NCBI GenBank assembly: GCA_013265495.1
Contig: MU060645.1
Coordinates: 992,001-1,056,000 of the forward strand
DNA length: 64,000 bases
Origin: Vicugna vicugna
Taxonomy: Eukaryota
Direction of reading: 5' to 3'
Shown here: positions 37,901 through 49,720 of the stretch, piece by piece
Position numbering within the stretch: position 1 is the stretch's first letter
How the letters are laid out: every line of letters starts with the position of its first letter
Made by a program: the position numbers and the translations under genes
Notes under the pieces: model-generated
Told to the model about the DNA's origin: nothing
Seen by the model: only the letters and a program-made list of their open reading frames with translations
Databases searched by the model: none

Positions 37901-38284
37901 ATTTTATAACTCAGATCTCAAGCAGAATTGAAGATCAGAGCCTTGATTTTTTTCCTTTTTAGTGTAGGGTCACTTCTGTAAAACAAATAAACACGTTTGC
38001 TCTACTGCTTCTACAGGGTAGTACTGGCAGAATAAAAGTAAGATTAGAGGCTGTGAGATATTTTCCTGCTGAAACTACAGAGTATAAACCCAGATTTTAC
38101 CCTTCCCCTTATAACACTGGACTATAAATGTCTTTTTTCATGACTGTTCCCTGGGAACCTAAGAGATCCTAAGAAAACACTGTATTCTTAGGCCCAAGTC
38201 CAAGCCCATAAAAGGTGTTCAAAATATTTTGTTCAGTGAGTGCATTAATAAGAAAAGCTGGGTTGATGCTTGGTAACATTTCCT

Positions 38285-39255
38285 ACTAAATTCATTCAAC
38301 GAATACCGATTTATAACATGGTATTTAGTGTTGAGCCATTACAAAACAGAAACTGTTGCCTTAATGGAGTTTACATTCTAACTGGATGAGTGTGAGCGAA
38401 AAACAAAATACATAATCAAAAACTACATAAAGCATGATGGTGATAAATGCTAAAGAGAAAATAAGAAACGGAGAATGGAACTGGAAGTTTATTTCAAATT
38501 TAGAGTGCCCTGGAAAGGCCTTAATTATACAGCGATTTGAGTCAAGACCTGAAGGAGGAAAAGGAGTGAAATATAAGGACATTTGGAAGGCAGTTCAGCC
38601 AGAGAAAACAGTCAGGGACAAGTCCCAGAGGCAGGAACGTTCCTGGAGTGTTTGTAGAAAAGAAAGAAGGCCAGTGTTGCTGACAGAGAGCAAGCAAGAG
38701 GGAGAATGGGACTACAAGAGATGAGGTCAGATCAAGACCTTTGTAGGGCCTTACAGACCCTTATAATTTGGTATTTTGTTTTTTTCTCAGAGTAAGATCA
38801 GAGGGTTTTAGAGGGTTTTGAGCAAAGAAATAACTTACACTAATTAATCTCAGAGAACCACTTGACCAGGTGAATTGAGAATAAAACGGGCAGGCAGAAG
38901 TCGGGAGTCAGAGGGCCTTTCATTCATCCGGGTGAAATATGATGGAGCAGGATGCTACTAGCATTGGAGCTGGTAAGAAGCAGTCAGATTTTGGATTCCT
39001 TTGAAGATCGAGACAATAGGATTTTCTTATGGATCAAACGATGGGTGAGAGAGAGAGGGAAAGAAAGCCATCAAGAATTACCTTTAAGTTTTTGACTTAA
39101 GTAAGAAGAATGATGACGCAGTTAACTGAGATGGGGAAAGGATGGTGTGATAGGTGGTTTGGGGGTATATGATCAAAAGCTTGGTTTTCAACACATGAGG
39201 ATGACGTTGAGATACCTAACACAAGTCTAGCAGACAGCTAGGTATATGAATCTGG
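38285..39255 (-). mobile_element. L2 (about 1 kb)
   Basis: ttcattcaacgaatacc...gtttacattctaactgg...ttaactgagatggggaaag...ggatgacgttgagatacct. Confidence 0.85.
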
Positions 39256-39259
39256 TGCT

Positions 39260-39500
39260 TCTGAATTACCACCATTGTCTCCTCTCTGCTCTCCTGGCTA
39301 CCCATCTTGCCTCACTCTAAATTTCACTCCATACTGGCATTCACTTTCTGAGGCACAGAATTGATCATGTGGCTTACTCACTCAAAATCTTTTGATCAGT
39401 TAAGACTAATTATACAACGAAGGCTCAATGTGTTCATGAATATGGCATTAAAATTTGCCATAGTTGGATTAATTCCAGATTTATTTCCCTATGTTCATAC
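39260..39500 (+). mobile_element. L2 fragment, opposite orientation to its neighbour
   Basis: ttgatcatgtggcttactcactcaaaatctttt. Confidence 0.55.
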
Positions 39501-39959
39501 CCAAGAACTCTAAGCATGCACTATTAGTCTCCCTAATCTTATCAGTATACCACTGTTCCCCTCAAACTCTCAAACTAGAATTAGATTCTCAACATTGTTT
39601 CTCTGGATCTTCTAAACACTGCAACCATGAGTCCCAGATTCAAATACTCTCTTCAGTCATTATATCGTATGGTGTGACTCGTGTCTTTCAACATTTCTGT
39701 TCAAATATTGTATAATTTTAGAGTTTAACAATGTCATCATTGGTACTTGTCAAAATGTCTTCATAAAAGCATCAAAAAATAACTTTTCTCCAGTTTCCTT
39801 TCTATACATGCTATGTAGGATGCCTTGCATAGTAGTCCACTAAAATTGTGGACATAAATATGCTCCACAGAGGTATAAACATCTTTAACTAAAATAATGC
39901 TTCATTTTTTCAGATTACAGAGGTTGTGGCTTTATGTTCTTCCCCAAGTTAAATATATT

Positions 39960-40430
39960 TAGCTTTTTTAATTTTTCAATATTTTAGATTTACAGAAAAC
40001 TTGCAATCATGGAGAATTCCTGTGTACCCTGAATCCAGCTTCCCCTATTGTTCCTGTTTTATATAACCATAGAAGAATTATTAAAACCAGAAAATTACAG
40101 TTCATACAGTAGGCTGAATTGATGTATAGATCTTACTCAAATTTCACCAGAGTTCCCACTAAGGTTCTTTGCTGATCCAGGGTCCAACTGTTTCCACACT
40201 GCATTAGTTACCATATCTTAGTCTCCTCCATTCTGTGACTGTTCCACAGCCCTTTGCCTTTCCCAACCCTGGAACTTTTAAAAGTCCTGGTCAGAGTTAT
40301 TTTGTAGCACATCCCTCAATTTGGATTTGTTTGATATATACTCATAACTAGGTCGAAGTTACACAGTAGCAAGATTATCACAGAAGTGATGCTGAGTCCT
40401 TCAAAGTGCTTCATATAGGAGAATCCAATG
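39960..40430 (-). mobile_element. L1M (L1MC/MD-like) 3' end
   Basis: attttagatttacagaaaacttgcaa...gagaattcctgtgtaccctgaatccagcttcccctattg...ccctcaatttggatttgtttgat. Confidence 0.8.
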
Positions 40431-41519
40431 TATTCTTCAGTTAATTCTTATCTCAACAAAAATTACTTTTTAAAGAAAACTGTACATGATTACTAGATAA
40501 ATTATCCTAAATCATTCAATGATTTTCATATGGTATAAATCAAAACTGACAAATAAATACTGTTCATCCATACTCTGTCAGAGGTAAATGAAATAAATAT
40601 ATAAATCAAAACCTTATTTAAGGTCTCCTGTTCTGACTGAAACAGGAATCATATAAGAGTTAAAAAAAAACCTATTAAGATTACTATTTTTAACACAAAA
40701 CTAAAAAGAAAAATCTGTAAAAACTACTAGAAATAATCTTCCTTCACCATACAGTTTCAGTTTGTGAAACACTAGTGTATTCCCTGATGCTTTTGCTAAT
40801 TTATTAGGTACTGATTGTCTGCTGTTTTTCAGCATACATATTTGATATTGAATACAATATGTTCCAAACAAAGAAATTGGTCCTTTTTAAACAACAGAGA
40901 TATAACATTTGCAAATGAGAAAAGCATTCACTGCTTTACAACAATGGAATACTTACAAAAAGACCCCTAGGATAATAAATACATAAATGAATAATGATTA
41001 TTTGTACCACAGTTTTTCCTGAATATTACATTTTTCACATAGAAGATACAATGCCCACATTTTGTTCATTAACACAGCATCATGTAGAAATCTTTGTCTC
41101 CTTATATTTTTTCCCTTCAAAATTCTACCCCGCATTCATGTAACAGATAAAGGCAAAGATTGCAGGCGGGATTCAACAGGAAATAATGACAGAGTTATAC
41201 TTCAATGGTAAGAATGAAAGTAACAGGGTATCAAAATATTTATTTACACCATCAAGAGTCATACTGTTTTATTTTCCCCCATATTTCTCATAAAGAAATG
41301 TAGCATCTTATCAATTGATTCTACCTTTCCTAAGTTTTACTGAGATCACTTTGCAAATAGCCTTTGATGGCATCTGTTGGAAAATGTCTTTTGAGCTTAG
41401 GCTATGGAAACATTCACAATATTGCAAGAAAGCAAGCATGGAAACTTTTCTAAGTTTTATACATACACACATGCTAATATTATTTATAACACTTTTCTGT
41501 TAACTGAATATAAACACCT

Positions 41520-41730
41520 TTTCACTTTTGTGTTTCACTTAATCAATCCCTGCTCAGAAGACCTTATAAATAATAGTCTCTCAATACGTGTCTGTGTCTT
41601 TATATTCCTATCTGTAAAATGAGAATAATTTTGCATATTCCAAATATTTGTTGTGAAACTATGTTCATATTTTTAAAGTGTTTGATATATAGTAAATGCT
41701 CAATAAAAGCCATGCGTTAGTATATCATCT
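41520..41730 (+). mobile_element. MIR fragment
   Basis: ctatctgtaaaatgagaataat...atatagtaaatgctcaataaaag. Confidence 0.7.
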
Positions 41731-42164
41731 TTACTACTATCATCAAATAGATTCTCACACAGAAACTATCCTAAAATTTCCAGAATCCAGTGGTTGACAG
41801 CTTATCTAACTCACGCTTTCTGCAAAGTAGCATCTCTTATCAGTGGATGCATGTATATTGGTTTTATATGTTTTGCTGTATTCCTCTTTGAAATGAGAGC
41901 ATGTTAAATGTAGCATGCCAGTATTTATTAATCTTTGCTTCTTTTCAGTGTCTTCTATATCACAGATGCTTGATAATAATATAATGGATTAAAACCATCC
42001 TTACCACTGTTTATTAAGTTTCCACCTTAACACTATCCCTTTACACACATCAATATAAAGTTAGTATTACCATGCTACATCTTATCTCAGAAATGATTTT
42101 GGTGGTAAAGTAGATTATATTATTTTTTCAAGTCATGTCCAAGCACAAATTTTTAAATCCATTT

Positions 42165-42370
42165 CATGTTTCCACCATTGTTCTTTCTCCTGTACCAAGA
42201 AAATGTCATGTCCCAGATAGTGGTTATTCCTTTATCCTGGATCCAAGAATGAAGAAGACACATAGAACATCACCACAGTGGCCACATGGCATGTAACATG
42301 AGAGAGAAGTAAACCAATGTCATTTAAAAGGCACTGAGGTTTGGGGTCATTAACCTGGTATAACTACACA
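42165..42370 (+). mobile_element. old MLT1 LTR 3' part
   Basis: ggcatgtaacatgagagagaagtaaacc...ggcactgaggtttggggtcatt...cctggtataactaca. Confidence 0.7.
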
Positions 42371-44310
42371 AAAGCTAACACAACTAGCTTAACAAAAATA
42401 TATTCAATAACATAAGAATAAGAACTGACAGATCGAGGTAAATGGAGAGTAAAGATGAAACCGTAAGATAAAGCGAGGGGAAAAAAAGTATGCAGAATTG
42501 TGTATTATTGAGTTCTATTAAAAATTACAATATTATTCTTCTGTTCAATATGTCTGCCCCCCCACCTTTTTTTTTTTTTTACTGTTTTCTATTATTTTTC
42601 TCATTAGTAACTTGAGACTACTTCTCTTCCCTTACCACCTGTCATTCTTCCCTCCTGGCTATTGTCATGCTCCATAAAAATTTCTCTGAAGGCAAAAAGA
42701 TAGTTTAAAAAAGGACTTCCCCTGTGACACCAGGATTTTTGGACGCATTTATTTTCTTCTCCCTCACACTGCAAATGGATGCTGGGCAAATAGGTGAGCA
42801 TGGAAATCTATAACTGCTGCCTCCATTCTGTAGCTGGCTGCAAGAGATGGGCAATCTGGTTTACTCAGAAAATACCTAACACCCTTTCCAGAGTTCTTTG
42901 ACACTGGCTTGAGACTGGAGCTGGTGCCAGGCTGGGAAATGATTTTCCTCAATTTTACATTGTATTTTAAAGGCTCCTACATGCTGCTGCTGGAAGAGCT
43001 CCTACTGTTATTATTCAACACAGCCTTCATAATTTAAACACCAAAATAAGTTGTAATGTTCAAAATATTAGAGATTAAGAATGACATTTCAACATTTCTT
43101 AATTCTCCGATAGTCTTTTTAAAGTCTTTTTAAATGTTAATCTGGTATTATCCCATTACTGCAGGAAATTGATACAGTTTTACCCAACTGTCAACTGTCA
43201 ATTCTCCTATTAAATATCTGTAGATGATGTTAAAATGCAATTTAGCAACTGGAGAGTTATCTGTGGACCAGCAAGATTTAACCACTGACATTTTTTTCCT
43301 GCTGAAATCACTAGTGTCATTCTGACATCATGCACTGACGGGTGACAAGTTCTCTTATTATAAAATCAAAGATTACTTTTTAAAAGGCTGAATCAGCTTT
43401 GAAAGTAACGATGTCTGGTTGAGGGGGTGTTTTAATGCATTCTAGTTAGTTCAAAGAAAGTCTAATAGCTTATGGATTCAGCCTCCTATGTGTGTGCATT
43501 TGAAAATATAAAGCAATAAGATATGGAAGCACATGAAGGAATATATGTACTTAAATGTTAAGGAAGAATTAGATGTACAAATTAAGATTGCTTCAGTGAT
43601 TTTTACTGAAAAAGCTAAAAGCTAAAAGAAATAACACTTCACAGTTGCTTTATAGAATTCTTGTTAAAAGTCAACAAAAACATTAGGGTAATCTATTCAA
43701 TATACTATGTCGATTCTGGCACACTTAATTTCAAAGGGCAAAGTGGCTTATATAAAGTCATAAACTACATCAACATTATCATCATGTTTTAAGTTTTAGC
43801 TTCGGCAAGCCAATAGCAGTTGTATTTGCTAATCATGCATACAACATTTAAGAAGCTACAGACAGGAAATTATTTATTTTTCAAATAATTTATGATTTTA
43901 GATATGTGAGTTAACCAAAAAAAAATTAGTCATTACATGAATAGACATTGAAAATTAAAATATGCTCTCTTTAAACTAGAGGAGGTACTAAGAAGGAAAA
44001 AGTACATGAGTCTACTACCTAGTCAGGAGAGCTTAAATGAAGAAAGAAGAAAATTTTAGACTACTTTAAGCTTAATTCTGCTATGGTACCAGTTGATAAG
44101 TATGGTTCAAAAGGGAAAAATATCTCTATGAAGTGCCTTTGTAATTTGTAGCCAAATAGTAGTGGATGTTATTTCCATTACTTAAATTTTACCATAAAGA
44201 ATTATGCCTTAAGCACACTGTACCAACATTATAACATTTGTACAGAGGAGAAAAAAAAGAAATTTATTTGATATATTTTGGCAACAACCCCCTCCCAGTA
44301 TGTGTATGCA

Positions 44311-44336
44311 TATGTGTGTGTGTGTGTGTGTGTGTA
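44311..44336. repeat. (TG)n microsatellite
   Basis: seen directly. Confidence 0.95.
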
Positions 44337-44481
44337 TAATTTTTTAAACAAAACTGAAACAATCTTAGTCTAGCTGAGGCCAAGGTAAGCAGTTAAGCGG
44401 TCTGGAGTAGCTGAACACGGATTGTATGGCTGTATGCAATTGACAATGTGGGTGTGATCATCAACTTCAGCTTCTACTCAC

Positions 44482-44508
44482 CATCAGCTCCTTTTACATA
44501 GCCTAGAC
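44482..44508 (-). other. candidate 27-nt exon (LGYVKGAD, phase 1-1)
   Basis: acceptor ggaaccttctttag|G and donor ATG|gtgagt; single open frame; symmetric length. Confidence 0.25.
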
Positions 44509-44699
44509 CTAAAGAAGGTTCCTGCTTTCATAAATCTAGGGATACTTATGGGGTTAGCTCTGATAGAAGAGACAGACAGGCTCTTACCTTAAGCACAAAT
44601 ATATTACAAACCAGTTATGTAATATTAGACCAAGCCCCCAAACCTATCTCTGTGCCTCACTTTTCCTCTAACAATACTTACCTTGCCCATACTCCTCAA

Positions 44700-44925
44700 T
44701 AGTATTGAGCATGTACTATTATACCCCAGGCATTGTACTTAGCATTTTCAACACATTATCTTTATTGAATAACCAAAACAACTCCAGAAGGTTATTAGTG
44801 ATAGAAATCCCATCTGACAGGCAGAGAAACAAGGTTCAGTAACTTCTTCCAGATCATACAGCAAGTACCCTAATCAGGATGCCTATTTAGATGTCAAAAT
44901 GAAGAGCCCAACACTTGAACTACCA
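44700..44925 (-). mobile_element. MIR
   Basis: tattgagcatgtactattataccccaggcattgtacttagcattttcaacacattatc...gacaggcagagaaacaaggttcag. Confidence 0.8.
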
Positions 44926-45339
44926 AGCTGAGAGATTATGCAGTGACAGTACTTAAGTAATTTTTTTTTACTACAACCACATTACACAGTAAAGAAAATA
45001 ATCTGCAAATGCACTCCTCAGTTTGCTGCTGCAGGAAATTTAAAATTTATAAAGAGCATGCTACTTTCACAAAGCTAAGAGAATGCTCAGAGGGAAAGGG
45101 AATTTGATTTAAATGTCTGGAGTCCAGGGTTCTAGTCCAGCTATCTCATTAATTAAATGTCCAACACTGTGAAAGTCTTTATGTAATTCATCTAAACCTT
45201 TACTAAAGATTTCAAGATTAGCATAAATTGATATGCTGGTATGACCTCTAGGGTTAGATTAGGAGAGAACCAGTAATGAACTGGCATTAACAGAAAGCAA
45301 AAAATTAAGTTATAGTAGCCATTTCAAAATAAATCAAAC

Positions 45340-45892
45340 TTGTATAAAAGTTCTACTGATTTCCAGGAAATAAAGAGTACAGAGAAAATGTTAAACTATG
45401 TCTCAGGGATGTAATCAGTAAAAATCAGGTTATGGGAAAATATATAGGACAAATTACTTTGATTCTTCAACAAAAAAAAATTGCAACAGGACAAAAAGAT
45501 GGAGAGGGATCCTATCAATTAAAAGAGACAAAATATGAAATCAACAAATCAACATGCATAGACCTTACTGAATCCTAACTTAGATTTGAACATTGTCTAG
45601 ATTATTGGATGACAAAAAGAAATTACTGTCATTATTTTAGGTGTGATAATCATTTTAAGTTTATGTTAGAAAGAAAGTTATGTTCATATCTCTGTGTAAA
45701 ATAATATGATGTCTGAGATTTTCTACAAAAATAAAACAACAGTGGGAAAAGTGAACAGGGGAGAGGATGGGGCAAGACTGGCCAGGGGTTGGCAATTTTG
45801 GTGACTGCTGAGGTGCATAACAGGTACATGGTGGCTCATTATTCTTTACATGTTTTTTGTTTGTTTGAAATTCTCCAAAACAAAAAATAGGC
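45340..45892 (+). mobile_element. L1M 3' end
   Basis: ttttaggtgtgataat...gtggctcattattctttacatgttttttgtttgtttgaaattctccaaaacaaaaaat. Confidence 0.75.
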
Positions 45893-45899
45893 AGTAGAC

Positions 45900-46190
45900 C
45901 TGGAAAATTAGAAAGTATTACAAAGAAGCCTAAGAAGCTCATTGAGGAAAATGGAGTTAGAGTAGGAGTCATTGACATCTTAAGGCCACTTTTTGAGTCC
46001 TGAGAGAAAGGAAGATCATCTTGGGGTTTTTGCTAGATACCAAAGAGGCAAACACAAGACATGAACTTGAACGTGGGAGTACAGTGAACTGACAAGACAA
46101 GCATGACCAGCTATAGACTTGTTGAGAGAAGAGAGAATAGTGAACTCTGGAGGGGCAGAAGATGGGTAGAAAAATAAGCAGGGCAATGAT
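45900..46190 (-). mobile_element. L2 fragment
   Basis: purine-rich degenerate L2 body. Confidence 0.4.
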
Positions 46191-46279
46191 CTTATATAAC
46201 CAGGGGGGGGTATACATTAGTAAGTAGTGGAAATGTATGATGTGAACACAAATTTGCTATTTGTTAAATGTTACAAGTG

Positions 46280-47180
46280 AAGCATGGCCCACTGATTAGA
46301 ATAGCTAATTCTCAACAGTGATAATACCAAATGCTGGTGAAGATGTGGAGCAACAGGAATTTCATTCATTGCTGGTGGGAATGCAAAATGGTACAGCCAC
46401 TTCTGAAGACAGTTTGGCATTTTCTTACTTAGCTAAACATAATCTTAACCATATCATCCAGCAACACAGTCCTAAGCATTTACCCAAATGAGCTGAAAAG
46501 TTATGTCCACACAAATACCTGCACACAAATGTATACTGCAGCTTTATTCATAATTGCTAGAAGTTGGAAGCAACCAGGATGCCCTTTAGTATGTGAATGG
46601 ATAAATAATCTGTGGTACAGTCTTGCAATGGAATCTTATTTAGCGATAAAAAGAAATGAGCTATTAAACCGTGGAAAGAAATGGAGGAAATTTAAAGGCA
46701 TAAAATGAAAGAGCTAGTCTGAAAAGGCTACATATTGTATAATTCCAACTATCTGACATCCTGGAAAAGGTAAAAAACAAAACAAAAACTATAGAGATAG
46801 TAAAAAGATCAGTGGTTAACAGAGGTTAGGGTGGGTTGGGGTAGGGATGAACAAGTAAAGCAGAGGGGATTTTTAGGGCAGTAAAACTGCCCTGTGTGAT
46901 ATCGTATTTGACACTATGCATTTGTCGAAACCCATAGAACTGTACAACACAAAAAGTGAACACTAATGTAAACTGTGGACTTCAGTTAATAATTTATCAA
47001 CATTGGTCCATACTGTGATAAATTTACCATCCTATTGCAAGATGTTAATTGGGGAAACTGTGGGGTAGAGAGAGGGGGAGTATACAGGAACTCTCTGTAC
47101 TTACTTACTATCCAATTTTTCTGCAGATCCCAAAACTGCTCTAAAAAATAAAGTCTATTACTCTATTTAAAAAAAAAAGA
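46280..47180 (+). mobile_element. L1MC1-like 3' region (end of ORF2, 3'UTR and A tail)
   Basis: ataataccaaatgctggtgaagatgtggagcaacaggaa...ggtacagccacttctgaagacagtttggc...ctgctctaaaaaataaagtctatt. Confidence 0.9.
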
Positions 47181-47461
47181 ACAGTAACTTCTGAAATATG
47201 CAATCAGAACTGTTTGCTATCCAGGCTGGTATTTCAAGACCTGAGGGGAAACTCAGTGATTTGTCACTTGTCTTCCTTCTCATGCTCTGAGCCGGTGATC
47301 TGGAGCAGGAAAACAACACCAAGTATGAGTGTTCTCTCTGGGATCCTTGTATTCCCCAGGGAAGCTGGCATTGCTGGGGAGGGTGTGTCACTTTTCATAT
47401 AACCACTCACTGCAGAAATAACTTTTAGAATCTGAACCACAACTTCAATGTCTGGAATTCT

Positions 47462-47543
47462 CCAGACTGCAGGGATTTAAGTGTTTTGGGCAGGTCTCCT
47501 ACCAAACTGCAGGGATTTAAATGTGGTTTTGGTAGGTCTCCTG
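47462..47543. repeat. two-copy tandem duplication, about 40-bp unit
   Basis: ccagactgcagggatttaagtgttttgggcaggtctccta / ccaaactgcagggatttaaatgtggttttggtaggtctcctg. Confidence 0.9.
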
Positions 47544-48094
47544 GAGATTTATCCAGGGAAGCGGAGTGTGAGACTGCTAATCCCAGGTCTGCCACCTCCT
47601 AGGAATCTGACCTAGCAAGAAATATATGCTCATTACTTCACCAGGAAAGTTACCCTCAGAATTAATTAGGTTATTTTATTACAAAGAGAGAGAGGCAATG
47701 AGAGCCGTTATGCCAAATCTTTCCACAGAAAATGGCCCAGGACCAGTAATTAGGGTATTTATCCATTCCATCAGTCTATCTCTCCAACTAAAGGAAGAAC
47801 TAATTAATTTATACACATTCAAACTCATCTTAAAAAGATTACAAAATGCATTCAGCAAAATCATTATAATTGATGATGATAATAATAATAAAATGGATAA
47901 TGATATCAAGAGAAATTTAAAAAGAGACAGCAATGAAGGTAGAATAACATCACAGGGCTCTTCATCAAGGGAGACCAAAAGTGTGCCATGCATCTCCAGG
48001 CCCTGCACTTACAGGGGAGTATGGCAGCCAAGTCACCTGCAGTGTCCATGGGATTAAACTAAGCCCGGTCTTCAGAAGAAACATAGTATTATCA

Positions 48095-48300
48095 TGCACA
48101 TTTTTCATCATCCTTATTTGAAAACTTTGGGACCAAGATATGCCTTAAAAAGCAGGCTTTTTGGATTTTGTAAAGTAACACAGTATATATATATACCAAC
48201 TTTGAAAAATCCCAAAGAGGCTCTGGGAAAGCACTCTGGAATTAAATATATTAATATTTGTCTACTTAAACATATAAATATTGAAACTTCAGGGAATACA
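48095..48300. mobile_element. possible Tigger-family MITE fragment
   Basis: catccttatttgaaaactttgggaccaaga...ttttggattttg resembles MER46/Tigger4-type ends. Confidence 0.4.
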
Positions 48301-48569
48301 TATGTTTAGCTCAAGTTACCCTCAAATGAACTTTGTCATGAGACTTAGAGAAAATATCGCTGTGACAGATTTGTGGATTTGGGGGCTGCAGACATTAGGG
48401 GGGCTGTTTCCTGTACAGTCTTCTTCCAGTAAAGCCATACGCCCAAGGGAGTTCAGTAAAGCTCTGCCACGTTGACTGGGGGTCAAAGACAGTGGCCAGT
48501 TGGACAACTCAAGCTTCCTGAGCTTCTAGCTGGTCAAATAATAGACCTTTTTTGTTTGAATATCTAGAA

Positions 48570-48693
48570 TAGTGGTTCCCAAACTTTAGTATGTATCAGA
48601 ATTCCCCACACTAGATTAAGAAAGTATCTGAGCCTTTTGGGTTTTTACCAAGTTCCCCAGGTGACTGATGGCCACCAAATTTCAGAGCCACTG
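48570..48693. mobile_element. MER5A1-like MITE with 8-bp TSD
   Basis: tagtggttcccaaacttt...cagagccactg flanked by atctagaa and atctagag (hAT NTCTAGAN-type target). Confidence 0.85.
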
Positions 48694-49529
48694 ATCTAGA
48701 GGAATGAAAAGAATGCATATCCTTTGGGCCATCCCACCTAAATCTTATTTTTAGAGATATTGAACTCAAGGTTGTAGGGCCAGAATTGTCCCCAAAGTGC
48801 TAATACTCTGCATCATTGGTTAAAAGGAGAGGTTAAAACAGCGACCAATTAAGTTTGCATTCTCTCTTTTTAAAAAACTGAGAAACTTTAATGAGCTTGA
48901 GCTAAAAATGTCCATCCTGACCCTTTAGAAGGGTGGTAATCAGAGGTATTACCCAAAAGCAAGGTAGAGAGTCAGAAATAACCACATTTCCAAAATATTA
49001 GACAAGATTCTTTGATTAGTCTGCCCAGGATGGTCAGCTCATCCATATTGCCAGTGTATACATACACACAGAGAATGCGCACAACTCAAAGCTTTCCATG
49101 AATTCAAATTCATTCAATAAAAAGGAAAACTATGCCCCCGACCCACTACTATGAAAAATGGCAAAAGCTTAGCACTGAGATTTACTGCAGTGAGCTGGCA
49201 CTGGGCAACTGTATGTAACATGAAATGCAGTAACATAACATGCAGCAGACAAATATGCATGTAGAACACTGCTTTCTTCTCAACAGTGGCTGATGTGACC
49301 ACAGTCAAATCCTGCAGTTAATTATCATGGACTCCAGTGGAAAGGTACATCTGACTAACAGCCACAAGCCCCAATTACTACCAAGATATGGTAAATTTGA
49401 CTTCAGAAATCTGTTATTAATGCTTTGACATTTTCAGGATAAAATGTACTTTAAAACACTGTTGGCCAAGGAAGTCATCGTTTTAAACTCTAAATAAACA
49501 AAAGAGGTAATAAAGGGGAGCAAAACAGA

Positions 49530-49720
49530 AGAGGAAAAGGAAATTAACATCCACTGAGCACCTGTGAAGAGTGCACTCCTCTAGATGCTGCACACATAAT
49601 AGGACTCTTACTCCTCTCAAGTGATCAGGGGAAGGTCCAGCTGACGTGAGCCACTTATGGTGGTGAACGTCAAATGCTAACCAAAACCCGCATATCTTAG
49701 TCCAAGGGGTTGAATCATGA
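49530..49720 (-). mobile_element. MIR fragment
   Basis: attaacatccactgagcacctg..., degenerate MIR. Confidence 0.4.

Noticed and set aside
47626-48057. Longest ORF (143 aa, plus strand) and its antisense 109-aa ORF
   Set aside because: Runs through a MIR-like piece and an (ATT/GAT/AAT)-rich low-complexity tract (IIIIDDDNNNK); no domain or splice context.
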